Shown: piece by piece, positions 39,637-52,699 of the stretch | Layout: each line of letters opens with the position of its first letter | Numbering within the stretch: the stretch's first letter is position 1 | NCBI RefSeq assembly: GCF_006345805.1 | Contig: NC_043003.1 | Span: forward strand, 34,534,001-34,598,000 | Length of the DNA: 64,000 bases | Reading direction: 5' to 3' | Origin: Octopus sinensis | Lineage: Eukaryota | The notes under the pieces: model-generated | The model's input: the letters and a program-made list of their open reading frames with translations, nothing else | Databases searched by the model: none | What the model was told of the DNA's origin: nothing | Position numbers and translations under genes: made by a program

Positions 39637-40563
39637 GGCATAGAGATATGATTATATGTGCCAGCAGGCCTACTCCAGTATACGCCCAATTGTTACTTTC
39701 ACAATAACTACTATTGATCTCAAGCATCGATGAGGACTTTTGAAAAACTATTGACTTAGCCAAGTACATATTAGCTAGCTACTTACCCGAAGCATAATTT
39801 TCAAACCATTGCTGGTTCCGACGTTGGGGGTGTTTACGCACATGCGCACACGCATATACTAACATATACATACACTGACATTCATTGAAACACACACACA
39901 TACACATGTACACAGACACATAAATACACAGATACATATGCATATGTATGTTGATAGGCATTTATACATAGATATGTGTGCATATGTATTATGTATTTAA
40001 GCACACACATACACAAAGATACACACACACAAACGCACACACACATACATGTATACATATCTACGTATGTATACATAGTTTCTGTGTGTACCTGGGTATT
40101 ATAAAGTGCGTCTATGTATGTATATGTGTATATGTATATTAATATACAGTTATATATTTATGTCTATAGATACATATGTACATGCATAATTACAGATATA
40201 TACACACATATTGTAAATGCATATAAGCTATGAATAGTGAATGGATAAAGAAACAATGCACGAATAAAATGTAATATTTATTACAAATTTATTCACAGTA
40301 ACTTTAAGTTTTACCAGTCGCGGGTTATTTAAATTGCCTGAAGAGGCCCTTACTCGCGAAACGTCGAAGAGTACGCAGTCACACAGACACACACACACGT
40401 ACCCGCGCACACACACGTACACACACACACACGTACACACACACACACACACATACACACAAACACACACGGTCTTTCTTTCTCTCATTTCTTCTTTCCT
40501 TCCTTCCATCATTCTCTCTCCCTCTCTACACATACCTACAAACAGATGTACATAAAAATTACG

Positions 40564-40608
<45 letters not shown>

Positions 40609-40899
40609 TTACATGCACACATGCATACATATATATATATGTATATATGTTTTATATATACACACGTCTATTTATATTTATACATGCATATATACGTATA
40701 TACATATATGTGTGTGTATGTGGGTGTGCACACACACAACACATACACACACAACACATACACACACAACACATACACACACAACACATACACACATATA
40801 TATACGTTTATTTATATATGCGTATTATGTATATACATAGATAGTTACACATAGGCATATATATGTAGGGAGGGGGCATACATGCACATAACAGAAGAA

Positions 40900-41022
40900 G
40901 GTGAAGAAGAAGAAGAAGAAGAAGAAGAAGAAGAAGAAGAAGAAGAAGAAGAAGAAGAAGAAGGAGACAGATGATGATGATAATGATGATGAGGAGGAGG
41001 AGGAGGAGGAGGAAGAGGAGGA
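40900..41022. repeat. (GAA)n-(GAT)n-(GAG)n purine tract
   Basis: Direct reading of the sequence. Confidence 0.95.
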
Positions 41023-41704
41023 GTTGATTTGATTATACTATAAAAAATACAGCGTAATTTCTTGCGAAGTGGCTTCTATTGGAAGACTGGCTTTGATTAG
41101 AGGTCAATATGTCGCCTTCTAAGATAAGAACAGCGAGTATAAAGAGGTGTGTTGGCAAAGAAAGAGAAGGCAATAGTACTAATACGATAGTAAACATAGC
41201 AATAATGGCAATAAATGTAAGAAACAAACAAAAAAAAGAAAAGAAGACTAATGTATTATGAATTAATGAAGATAAAGAATTTTTGTATTCGGTATTATTA
41301 TTGTAATAGTAATAATGATACCAAACAGGTATGAAGAATATTAGATACTTCTGAAAATGTGAATTTTGGAAATTGCGTGATGTGAATGAAGCAGAACTGG
41401 AGATAGATGTCGGATGAATTGTTGGCGGACGAGGGGATATAGAATCCCCTTTATTTGTACACAGTTACTTGAATTATAAATACACACGCCTAAGCGCCTG
41501 TATATCATTAGCTACAGTGATATAATACATATATACAGTGTGTCATACAATACTTTTATAATTTGAAAAATTCGGAAAAAAAAAATGTAACTCAGCAGAA
41601 TTTATTGGAAAACTTAGGCAAACAAATAAAGTTTTATTAGACACATTAGAACACTTTCTCGCAGCACTTCTGGACGATAAATTGTAGAGAATAAACCTTT
41701 ATAT

Positions 41705-42076
41705 ATTCTTTTCTACTCCAGGCACAAAACCCTAAATTTTAGGGGAGGGGGCCAGTCGATTAGATCGAGTCCAGTACTCAACTGGTACACATTCAATCGA
41801 CCCCGAAAGGATGAAAAGCAAAGTCGACCTCGGCTGAATTTGAACTCAGAAGGTAAAGACAGACGAAATACATATTTCTTTATTACCCACAAGGAGCTAA
41901 ACATAGAGGGGACAAACAAGGACTGACAAAGTGCGTAACTGGTACTTAATTTATCGACCCCGAAAGGATGAAAGGCAAAGTCGACCTCGGCGGAATTTGA
42001 ACTCAGAACGTAGCGGCAGACGAAATACCGCTAAGCATTTCGCCCGGCGTACTAACGATTCTGCCAGCTCTCCGCC
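41705..42076 (-). mobile_element. SINE family A, two-module copy
   Basis: Head at 42076. Two B-box/body modules (gagttcaaattc.gccgaggtcgac) joined by the tttgtcccctctatgtttag linker. Confidence 0.9.
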
Positions 42077-42833
42077 TTTAAACCGTTGTAAATTAACTGA
42101 TCACATACATATATATTTGTATATTTACTCATATAGTCGAATGTATATACATACAGTCATTCATACACTCATAAATAAGCACATGTATAAGTAGCTTGAC
42201 CTATAAATGCAACGGTACTAAAACATATACAGACACTACAAGTGAATCAAAATAGTACTACCAGTCGTCGATAATTTCAGTGGAAGATATGAGTGAAACA
42301 TATGGACAAGATATATTTAAACAGTAAAGTCTCCAATCTTAGGTGGTTTTATCAGAGCCCCTAATTTGTTATCTAGTTCTAGTTAGATCGTTATGACCAT
42401 CCAATGATGTAAATATGTTTAGACATTTAGGGTTACCTATGCAGGTAAGTAAATGGTATGCATTATCTGAATTATTCCAGAATTTGGTGTATGCATGTTG
42501 TAGTTCTCTCAGAGTGTTTGTTGAATGTTGGAATCTTAGTGTAAGGCATTTGTATGCTTTGTGATGTACAAAGGTTGAATCGCTTGATATGTTCTGAGTA
42601 AAGGTACACCTTTCATATTGTATTTCATCCCAGGTGGTGTTTATAACATAGATTTTCAATTCCCAGCTGTAGCTAGATATTGTCGTATCACGCGTCAGGT
42701 GTCAAAGTGATGGCAGAGCAACGTGAGATGAATTCCTTTGCTCAAGATGATGCACCAACCGGTCTAGGAATTGAAAATACGATTGCTACAGCAATACCCT
42801 AGCCACTAAGCCATACGCCCTCACACATATATG

Positions 42834-42883
<50 letters not shown>

Positions 42884-43055
42884 AGATTGATTAATCAAAA
42901 TATACCTGCGTTAAATAACAGCTCATAGTGTTAGAAGTGTATATTTGATTACCTTTGTTTCTTTTTGAAAATTATATACCGTTATATATTGACGAGATCT
43001 TACTAATTTTAAGAGCAATTTTCTAATCTCGATAAAGACCATGAAAGACCATGCA

Positions 43056-43250
43056 AGATGGTGAGCTGGCAGAATTGTTAGCACACCGGGCATTTCATCC
43101 GTCTTTACGATCTGCGTTCAAATTGTACCAGAGTCGACTTTGCTTTTCATCATATCAATGTCGATAAAATAAGTACCAGTCGAACACTGGGATCGCTGTA
43201 ATCGACGTACTCTTCCCCCAAATTACTGGCTTTATGCCAAAATCCGAAAG
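43056..43250 (+). mobile_element. SINE family A, monomer
   Basis: gtgagctggcagaattgttagcac, gcgttcaaattg and gtcgactttgcttttcat. Confidence 0.8.
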
Positions 43251-43484
43251 CTGTGTAGCTTACTGGTGTTTCTGCACTACTCTAAGACATTTGCGAAAGT
43301 AAAAACAAAACAGTCCCACCTTACGTAAATGCATTTTTTTCTTTAAAATTATCGTTTCTGTTTTGTATATATACGGTAGTTTTAATACATGCATGAATGC
43401 TTGATGGTTGTCTCTCGTAGTCTGAGAAAGACTGTTCTGCAATTTCTTGCTGAAAAAACTGCGCAAATAATTTGATCAAAGGTA

Positions 43485-43660
43485 TCCATCAAATCAACTT
43501 TGCACAGTGTACCACACGTCAGGTGTCCAAGTGAGCACAGAATAACGTGTGAGATGATGTATTTTCCTCAAGAACACAACGTACCACACGGTCCAGGAAT
43601 TAATACCACGACCTGGCGATCATGAGTGCAACACAATAACCACTGGGCCATGCAGCCTCA
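43485..43660 (-). mobile_element. SINE family C (third tRNA-headed family)
   Basis: Reverse complement gcatggcccagtggtta...ttcttgaggaaaatacatcatctcacacgtt...cacttggacacctgacgtgtgg. Related copies at 42690-42830, 38540-38700 and 58870-59020. Confidence 0.7.
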
Positions 43661-43662
43661 CA

Positions 43663-43700
<38 letters not shown>

Positions 43701-44184
43701 ACAGAGAACTATTGAGAAAATTATAGTTACTCTGTCATCCTGATTACGCGTTCAGATAATTATTGAGGCACTGATATATGTAACATACTGCCTAAATACC
43801 AATCTTGAGAAATTAGGCTTCTCAAAACCAGGCAGGAGAAAGCTGACTCGGAGGCTACAGATCCAATCCACCACTGGAACTGTAAAAATTTGTAGAAGTT
43901 ACCAGTAGTTTATGATTTAAGTATATATGCGCATGTCTTGACATGCAACTATATGCTTGAGAAAACACCCATAAAACAAAAAATACAAATCTGCAGACAT
44001 GCACTAACTGAAAATACTGCACATATACACATACATGCAAAAATACCCAGTTGACATTATTGAAATTTCAATGAAGGAACCTTGGCTCTAGATTAGAAAC
44101 TGATTTTTTTTTCTATTGGCAAGAAATCTTGACACAAAACTGAATGACATACATGTATACATAATATTACGAGCAAATAAGTGC

Positions 44185-44334
44185 AGCCGTGGATGTGTGG
44201 AAAGAAGCTTGCTTCAAAACCACATGGTTCCGAGTTCGCTCCCACTGCGTGGCACCTTCGGCAAGTACCTTCTAGTATAGCCTCAGAACATCGAAAGCCT
44301 AGTAACTTGGTAGAGGGAGACTGAAACAAGTCCG

Positions 44335-44388
<54 letters not shown>

Positions 44389-44551
44389 GTAATTTAGCGA
44401 TTCGGCAAAAGAGACCGATAGGATAGGTACTAGCCTTAAGGGGAAAAAATAGATAAATAAATACTGGGGTTAATTCGTTCGACTAAAACTTTTCAAGGCG
44501 GTGTCTCACCATGGCTGCAGTCTAATGATTGAAACACGTACAAGATAAAAG
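44185..44551 (+). mobile_element. SINE family B
   Basis: ccacatggttccgagttcgctcccactgcgtggcacc, gagaccgatagga, catggctgcagtctaatgattgaaac. It ends about 135 bp from the NOL4 exon donor. Confidence 0.85.
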
Positions 44552-44685
44552 ATGCATACATACATACATACATACATACATACATACATACATACATACA
44601 TGCATGCATATATACATATATACATGTGAGCAAATAAACATGTCCAGTATCGAAGTTAATGGAAAAGAGGATGAGTTCAACTTAC

Positions 44686-45159
44686 GTCGTCATGGTAATA
44701 GTACCCTTTATTTCTCATGTGGTTTAGATATGTCTGGGTTATAGGCACGCTGAAGTCAATGATAGGTGGATCATCAGTGACCCGGATGTTCTTCATTTGT
44801 CCACTGTTGCCATTGCCGCCCACACCGGCCGTATTGGTTCCGATACTGCCGCCAATGCCTCCACCAGCGACACCTCCGCCCCCGACGGAACCGGCAATAC
44901 TTCCTACACCAATTCCAGCATTGCCCACACCTCCAATTCCACCGACACCGGTGAAGTTGTAGGTGTTGCTGTTGTTGTTGCTACTGATGTTGGTGTTGTT
45001 AGTGTTGTTGCTGCTGCTGTTGTTATTGTTGTTGTTACTGCTGCTGCTGCTGTTGGTGTTATTTTCCCCAGTCAGATGCATTCGTTTTTGGCAATCAGAA
45101 CAGGACATAAGAAATCTGGTGACGGCTTCTCGCGGTAGGAATGCATACGTTTCTGCGAT
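44686..45159 (-). CDS. NOL4: Internal coding exon (158 codons, phase 0-0) of a nucleolar protein 4 / NOL4-like gene
   Basis: Minus-strand acceptor ttatctatgaacAG|ATC and donor GAC GAC|GTAAGT. Translation IAETYAFLPREAVTRFLMSCSDCQKRMHL...IIDFSVPITQTYLNHMR matches, from memory, vertebrate NOL4/NOL4L (YAFLPREAVTRFLMSC.ECQKRMH and IDYNMPIT.AY.KHMK). Includes the CxxC of the integrase-like Zn-binding region. NOL4 versus NOL4L cannot be resolved. Confidence 0.93.
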
Positions 45160-46071
45160 CTGTTCATAGATAAAACGAAAAGAAAAAATTTAATATGGTT
45201 TTATAAGAAATATAGAAATTTTAACCTACATGTCTTCGAGAAGGCAATAAAAATCTAATAAATTTGCAGTCATTTTTGATTTTAGAAGCAAATACTATAA
45301 AATACATCACCTTTTTAAAGTATATTTCTGAAAGTAAGAACAAAATGGTTTTTTTTTTGTTTTTTAAACTATCAACATAGCAAATAACGCAGACAGAGAA
45401 CTTTAAAATACGTCTTCCTTGCGCAAAACATGCATGTTATTTCCAGGGAAATACAATAATTGAAACTATAAAGCACAAACTGGAAATTGAAGCAAGATTT
45501 CAGAATTATTTGAGCAAGAAAATATCTTCCTTTCCAACAATCTCTGTCCCCCTTTTCTTCTCTCTTTCCTTATGTTAATATTCTTCGCTCTTTATTACCT
45601 TTTTATTCTCACTCCTGTGTTATTTCATATCTCATTTGGTTTCTCTCTTCTAATTCATACATTTATATCTTTCCTGCTCTTGAACTGACTCTACCACTAT
45701 TTCTCCCGCCCGTTTTCACTATCTCCCCTCCAATACTCGTCTTTATCAACGCTTTCTCTCAAACTGTCTCCTTTTTTCATTTTAAATTTTTCTTCGTTTC
45801 TTATTCATTTTCAATTCCCCTCTCCGTGAAGCTTCTGCACAGTATGCCACTAAAAACCATTTTTGTTTTTTCGCTTTTTCCTTTTCCATTTCATCCTTGT
45901 ACTTTGGAATTAATTAAACTACACTCTCGCCATAGCTTTTCTCCCAATACTCTCCCTCACTCTCCCTCTCTATAATGCTAATCTACCCTGTCACTTCCCA
46001 CATCTCTACTTCATTGTTTTGTTCTTCCCTCCTTCACCATCTCTAGTTGTCGCAGTTCCTTTTCCTCCTCC

Positions 46072-46073
<2 letters not shown>

Positions 46074-46113
<40 letters not shown>

Positions 46114-46114
46114 G

Positions 46115-46157
<43 letters not shown>

Positions 46158-46171
46158 CGTCCGTCCGTCTA

Positions 46172-46242
<71 letters not shown>

Positions 46243-46255
46243 CTCTGTCTAACTG

Positions 46256-46312
<57 letters not shown>

Positions 46313-46313
46313 A

Positions 46314-46347
<34 letters not shown>

Positions 46348-46348
46348 A

Positions 46349-46402
<54 letters not shown>

Positions 46403-46428
46403 CTATCTATCTATCTAACTGTCTGTCT
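46074..46428. repeat. (TCTG)n/(TCTA)n tetranucleotide array
   Basis: Direct reading of the sequence. Confidence 0.95.
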
Positions 46429-47245
46429 GACTCTTAACACTCTTATTCTACCTTTTCTCTGCCAATACACCATGTTTTTTCACACACACGTAGAGATATA
46501 TTCATTCTCTTTAAACTTCAAAGGATTGCCTATCAACCTGGATTAGCTTAATCCTCTTTCAGGCCACAAAGAATGAATGAGATTCTTGTTTAGTTAGCAA
46601 GACTCCCTACAAATAATATGATCCATATCTAACCCCTAAAACCATCTCTACACCCTACACATACATTTAGCAAATGACCTTATCCTACTTCCGTCCTCTT
46701 TTACCATTGTTTTCCTATTTGGAACCATTTTTGTTTGGATTTACATTATTTTGTTTTTGTTGCCTGTCAGAGCGGACGATGAGAAACAGCATGACAGAAT
46801 GACTTGCAGACAATGACAAACACCCTCCCCCGCGCACATATGTACACACACGCTTGTATACGAGCGCATATACCAATATAGAAATATAGAGATATATACA
46901 TAAATGCACAAAAATACACTTACACAAACACATGTACATTCACATACATATATACCTAATCAGCAATACCTCGAATAGCGAAGTTAATGAGTTCCACTAA
47001 TTTTTTTTTTTTCACTTTGCTACTGGAAACTAGTGTAGGTAATACAAAGGTTTTTTTGGGGTTTTTTTTTATCTACATAACTTCATTGAATTATTTCGGC
47101 TTTTTGCTATCGGTTCGCAAGATTCTTGATGTGAATTCATGTGGAAACAATGTTGTGTCTTGGGAGTGTCATTACGCCAATGACAATAACACACGCACAC
47201 AGGTTCAATTCCACTTCTTTATTGTTAGTGAAATGGTTGAATAGC

Positions 47246-47476
47246 TAACCAACATCGATTGTTTGTTTAACGTGTCGGTTAAACAATCAATTGGTTATTT
47301 GTTTATCCGTCAAAGTTCTTTCGTTGCTATTTGTAACCGTTTTAGTAACCCGTGATTCCCTACTCGCTCCTAGCACTGAAAATGCTACGAACAGCAAAGA
47401 AAGAACTTTGACGGACAAACAACCGATTGATTGCTTAACCAACACGTTGACAAATGATCAATTAGTTGGTTGGTTA
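47246..47476. mobile_element. Older fold-back (MITE-like) element with ~85-bp inverted arms
   Basis: 47246-47331 aligns with the reverse complement of 47390-47476 (shared aacgtgt.ggttaa.caatcaat and tccgtcaaagttctttc), roughly 80% identity by eye. Confidence 0.65.
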
Positions 47477-47811
47477 CATGTTTAACTAAATGTCTAATTA
47501 CAAAGAAATGGAATTAAACCTATGGGTGTGATATTATAATTATTGGCGGAACAACTCTCCCAAGACAACAAAATTTGCTTCATTATTAGAATTATACACC
47601 TATTTAAACAGTTGTAAGCTTTAAATGATCCTGCCTATATATCATATATAAAAAAAAAGTTATTTGAACCAAATTATATATAATTCAAATCGAGAAAATA
47701 CACATCATTTTGCACTTTGCAAACAAGTCAAAAAAATACTAATCAATGTCAAAAATAAATCAGGTACTATTGATTCTATTAGATTGTAAGTTTTATGAAG
47801 AAGGCTTCAAA

Positions 47812-48187
47812 TATTCTTTTTCTTTCCTACTGTATGCACCAGGCCCGAAATTTTTGGGGCGGGAGTCACACGATCAGATCCACCCCAATATGCAATTGGT
47901 ACTTAATTTATCGACCCCGAAAGGATGAAAGGCAAAGTCGACCTCGGCGGAATTTGAACTTAGAACGTAAAGACTGTCGAAATACCACTAAGCATTTCAC
48001 CCGGGGTGCTAACGTTTCTTGTTTCTTTATTGCCCACAAGGGACTAAACATAGAAGGGACAAACAAGGACAAACAAGGGAATTAAGTCGATTACATCGAC
48101 CCCAGTGCGTAACTGGTACTTAATTTATCGACCCCGAAAGGATGAAAGGCAAAGTCGACCTCAGCGGAATTTAAACTCAGAACGTAA
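47812..48187 (-). mobile_element. SINE family A, two-module copy with the 5' head lost
   Basis: Two copies of ggtacttaatttatcgaccccgaaaggatgaaaggcaaagtcgacctc at ~47899 and ~48116. Confidence 0.9.
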
Positions 48188-48328
48188 GAGAGACATACTA
48201 TCTTTATATATGTATATGTATATGCATAAATACATACGGTCTCGCACACAGACGCATATATACGGAGATACACATGCATCTGTGTGTGTGTGTAAGTATG
48301 TATTTATACATATATACATACACGCACA

Positions 48329-48409
<81 letters not shown>

Positions 48410-49535
48410 ATTCACACATATATATGGAGATACACATGCATATCTGTGTGTAAGTATGTATTTATACATATATACATACACACACACACAGAGGCACGCA
48501 CGTACGCACACACTTATATATATGCAACACACAGTAAAATGTTAGTCTTACTCCGCACCCCACAAAAAACACCCGAAACGTGACGGTCTCTTGTTAAGCA
48601 TAGGTAACAGTTGAAGTGGGGTTGAAAATCAATAACAAACAAGAATCTAGTCGAATCTAGTGCCCTTGCGTGTGTGACGCTAAATGATAGAAAACGTTAA
48701 TGAATTTATTTATTTATGCACGATAAGGCATAATATGAAAACGAAAATGGAATGCAATTTTCCTTAGAATTATCAATATTGCTGTCGTAGCAAATAGCGT
48801 GTTTTATATTGTATGCTTTACCTAACTCACTGAACTATGTAATGCATGAATTGCAATTTTCAAGGGAGAGAACTTCTGTTTAGTTTATGAACGTTTATCT
48901 CCCTGGAAATATTTGTTAGTTGCATATTTAGGCTGGAATACAGGTTCTTGGTGTGCATCTGAACTTCTTATATTCCTGGCAAATCTTGCTTAGTGGTCAG
49001 ATATATATATATATATATTTTCTTTTATTCTTTGTTCTTGCCATATGCATATATAAGTGCTAAATATTTTTCCAATTGTTTGTTATACGAAAGCTTGTGT
49101 TGCAGAAACTAAGTAGAGATCCATCAATGCAAGTGTTTGCGACTGAATTAACTTTATTGCGAAACCGACAATATGCCTCACGTGTTTCCAAATCTAAAAC
49201 TTATAGGGGATTTGTCACACTATGTTACGTAATGAACGTTAATAACTGAACACTGAGAGATTCCGGGATGTAGTGGCTTAGCTCTACGTCAAACCAGATC
49301 AAGTGAAAGTGTATGAAGAAAGGTTGATGACCGACCAGTAATTTGGGAAATATTTTGCAACTCATTTTAGCAGTTCAAGCGAACAGGTTATGGGAACCGT
49401 AGTAAATTGAGTTGTCTCAACTGCATGCCAGCATTGGGAGTCTGAGAGTTGTCAAAGCAGTTTTAATAAAAAACATATCTTTATAATATTGAATCTTAAA
49501 TCTATCATCTAACTTTCCATCAGTCTCTTCCCTCT

Positions 49536-49850
<315 letters not shown>

Positions 49851-50584
49851 CAGATATATATGACACGTATGTATGTATGTGAGAATATTAAAGGTTTTGA
49901 CCAGAGCTGTAAGAAGGCATAAATTTCATATCAAATTATTTTTAGAATTAAAGATTATTAATTACATTTTTGGGCATGTTCCTTTTGTTCACTAACTATG
50001 GCATAAGAAATTGTGTAGTGGACGAGGTCGAAAAGCCCATGAACGGCAATTTCCTCTTCGGACAAACTCTCATTGACTTCTTTAATTTATCCTTGGAAAG
50101 AAAGTGTAATTGTGAAGAGACATTTGTTCTCCTCCAGTGAATTTTAGTTGTGGTGGTAGTGGCAGTGATGGAGGTGGTAGTGCTGGTGGTGGTGGTAGTG
50201 GTGGTGCTAGTTGTAGGGGAGGTGGTGTAAGTGGTGTAGGAGGAGGCAGTTGAGGAGATGGAAGAGTAGTAGTAGTAGTATTAGGAGGAAGAGGAGGGTT
50301 TCTTGCAGTGAAACAAGAATACGATTATTGATGTGGGGAAGGAATAGTTGTTGATTAAATTAATTCAGGTATTAGGCTGGTTCTATTTTTCCCGATACCA
50401 GAAGAATAGGCCATCCAAACTTGGAGAGATTGAATCAGTTGATACCCAATTAAAAAAATTGAAAATTCACGCGTTACGGACAAACGTGTAATTGAATATC
50501 TATACAGGGAAAGAGTAAAGTGAAGCTTGTGATTGCGCAACTCCCTACGACATGACTTTAGTTTGTATATTGCTTATATATGCA

Positions 50585-50862
50585 TACCCCCAGTTCTTCG
50601 AAACACGCTAGAGTTGAACTAGAGACAGCTGATGAAGGGGATTTTTCCTTGTGTAGTTTGTCTTGTACTCTGTTTTTCTGTTGTAAAAAAATGGTTTGTT
50701 CCATGCTTATTTTTCCATTTTCGCTTCTCGTTGAGTTCTACGTCGAGTTGTGGTGTCCTGTACTCACGTATATATATTTATATATGCATGTATATATACA
50801 TGTAGGTGTAGGTACGTACATATATGTTTGTATGTATGCATATATTTTATTTATTACACTAT
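50585..50862 (+). mobile_element. Second copy of the same TA-tailed element
   Basis: Aligns with 35860-36125. Confidence 0.7.
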
Positions 50863-50874
50863 ATATATATATAT

Positions 50875-50901
<27 letters not shown>

Positions 50902-50922
<21 letters not shown>

Positions 50923-51118
50923 TGCATGCATGCATGTATGCAAAGTTGTAAGTGCGTTGTATATGCATTTAAGAATATACATAATTTAGGATCAAACTAT
51001 GATTAATTAAGTTAAATAATATCTATAACTTAGAGTATATATATATATATATATTATATATATCTAAGTTATAGAGTAATAATATATCTATAACTTAATA
51101 ATATATCTATAACTTAGA

Positions 51119-51169
<51 letters not shown>

Positions 51170-51304
51170 ACTCTAAGTTATAGATATATTATTTAACTTA
51201 ATTAATCATAGTTTGATCCTAAATTATGTATATTCTTATGCATATACAACGCACTTACAACTTTGCATACATGCATGCATGCATACATACATACATACAT
51301 ACAT
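50902..51304. repeat. Inverted repeat with ~140-bp arms around an AT-rich spacer
   Basis: gcaaagttgtaagtgcgttgtatatgcat...ctataacttagag versus its reverse complement at 51166-51304. One 2-nt indel seen. Confidence 0.92.
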
Positions 51305-51313
51305 ATATTTATA

Positions 51314-51387
<74 letters not shown>

Positions 51388-51571
51388 GGAGCAGACGTGA
51401 CTGCCTGGCAAGTTGCCTCTTAAACACCCGATTCCTGATTCAGTCTCACAATATAGCAACTTGAGCAAGTTATCGGGTCGACCAAAGCTTTGTGGGTGGA
51501 GGGGGTAAGCTGAAACTGAACGACACCCGTCATATATATATATATATATATACATATATGAACGTGTGTGT

Positions 51572-51613
<42 letters not shown>

Positions 51614-51865
51614 TTTCCCCAAAAGCCCTGCATGGCTAATAAAGAAATCTATATGTATGTGTACTTGTGTCTCTCTTTAACCCTCATTACCTCCTGATAT
51701 TCGCTGTTGGTCTGTTTATGTTCCCGTAACTTAGCGGTTTAGCCATACAGACTGATAGGATTAAAAAAAAACAACAATAATTACTGAGGTCGATACGTTT
51801 CACCAAAATTCCTGAAGGCGGTGCCCCATTATAGCCACAGTTTAATAAAAAATTACACGATAAAA
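51388..51865 (+). mobile_element. SINE family B, degenerate
   Basis: gcagacgtgactgcctgg, gggtcgaccaaagctttgtg, cccgtaacttagcgg and gaaggcggtgcccc. Confidence 0.75.
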
Positions 51866-51866
51866 T

Positions 51867-51903
<37 letters not shown>

Positions 51904-52316
51904 ACCCAAAGCTTGGAGGAACAGGAATTCCAGCTTTTCGAGGCCGTCTTCCATTGGTGAGATTGATGTGCTTGATGCCTGGTGGATGGAGAAATAACAA
52001 AGGTCTAAATCTAATTCTTGCAATAAAGCAGACTCGAGTAAACAGCTAATAACTAGAGAAGGAATATTTGAAGGAGAAATAAAGGAAGATGAAAAGAAGG
52101 CAGAAAATATTTAGTTATATATATATTTCTGTGTCAGAAGAGAATACACTTCCTTGAATTGACATGACACGAGGGACAAACTAAGCGAACCCAGGCAAGT
52201 TTTAAACTTAATGTATAGGGCGACAAAAGTAGATAAGTAATTTGTTATTGATCACGTTTATTTCCATACATCTCACAGTTAACAGAAAAATATAAGGAAA
52301 ATAGATGAATGATTTC

Positions 52317-52699
52317 AAATTTTTTCCACAAAGGCAATTACATCGACCGCAGGGCGTAACTGGTACTTATTTAATCGACTGCAAAAGGATGAAAGGCAGA
52401 GTCGAAAGCATGGAAGGCAAATTCCTCAGCGGAATTTTAACTCAGAACATAAAGACAGACGAAATACCTATTTCTTTACTACCCACAAGGGGCTAAACAC
52501 AGAGAGGACAAACAAGGACAGACAAACGGATTAAGTCGATTATATCGACCCCAGTGCGTAACTGGTACTTATTTAATCGACCCCGAAAGAATGAAAGGCA
52601 AAGTCGACCCCGGCGGAATTTGAACTCAGAACGTAACGGCAGACGAAATACCGCAAAGCATTTCGCCCGGCGTGCTAACGTTTCTGCCAGCTCGCAGCC
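52317..52699 (-). mobile_element. SINE family A, two-module copy
   Basis: Head at 52699 and two body modules joined by the linker. Confidence 0.9.

Noticed and set aside
39783-39880. Strong minus-strand donor cgg|GTAAGT
   Set aside because: The upstream sequence is microsatellite-derived, with no convincing acceptor or recognisable peptide.
41060-41145. Possible next NOL4 exon after ttcttatcttAG
   Set aside because: The phase-0 reading required by the upstream exon hits TGA within five codons.
43800-43880. Minus-strand segment after an AG giving SVASESAFS (hAT-like) or SSGGLDL (NOL4-like)
   Set aside because: Both matches are under 10 residues, lie in different frames and have no good donor. 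Likely chance.
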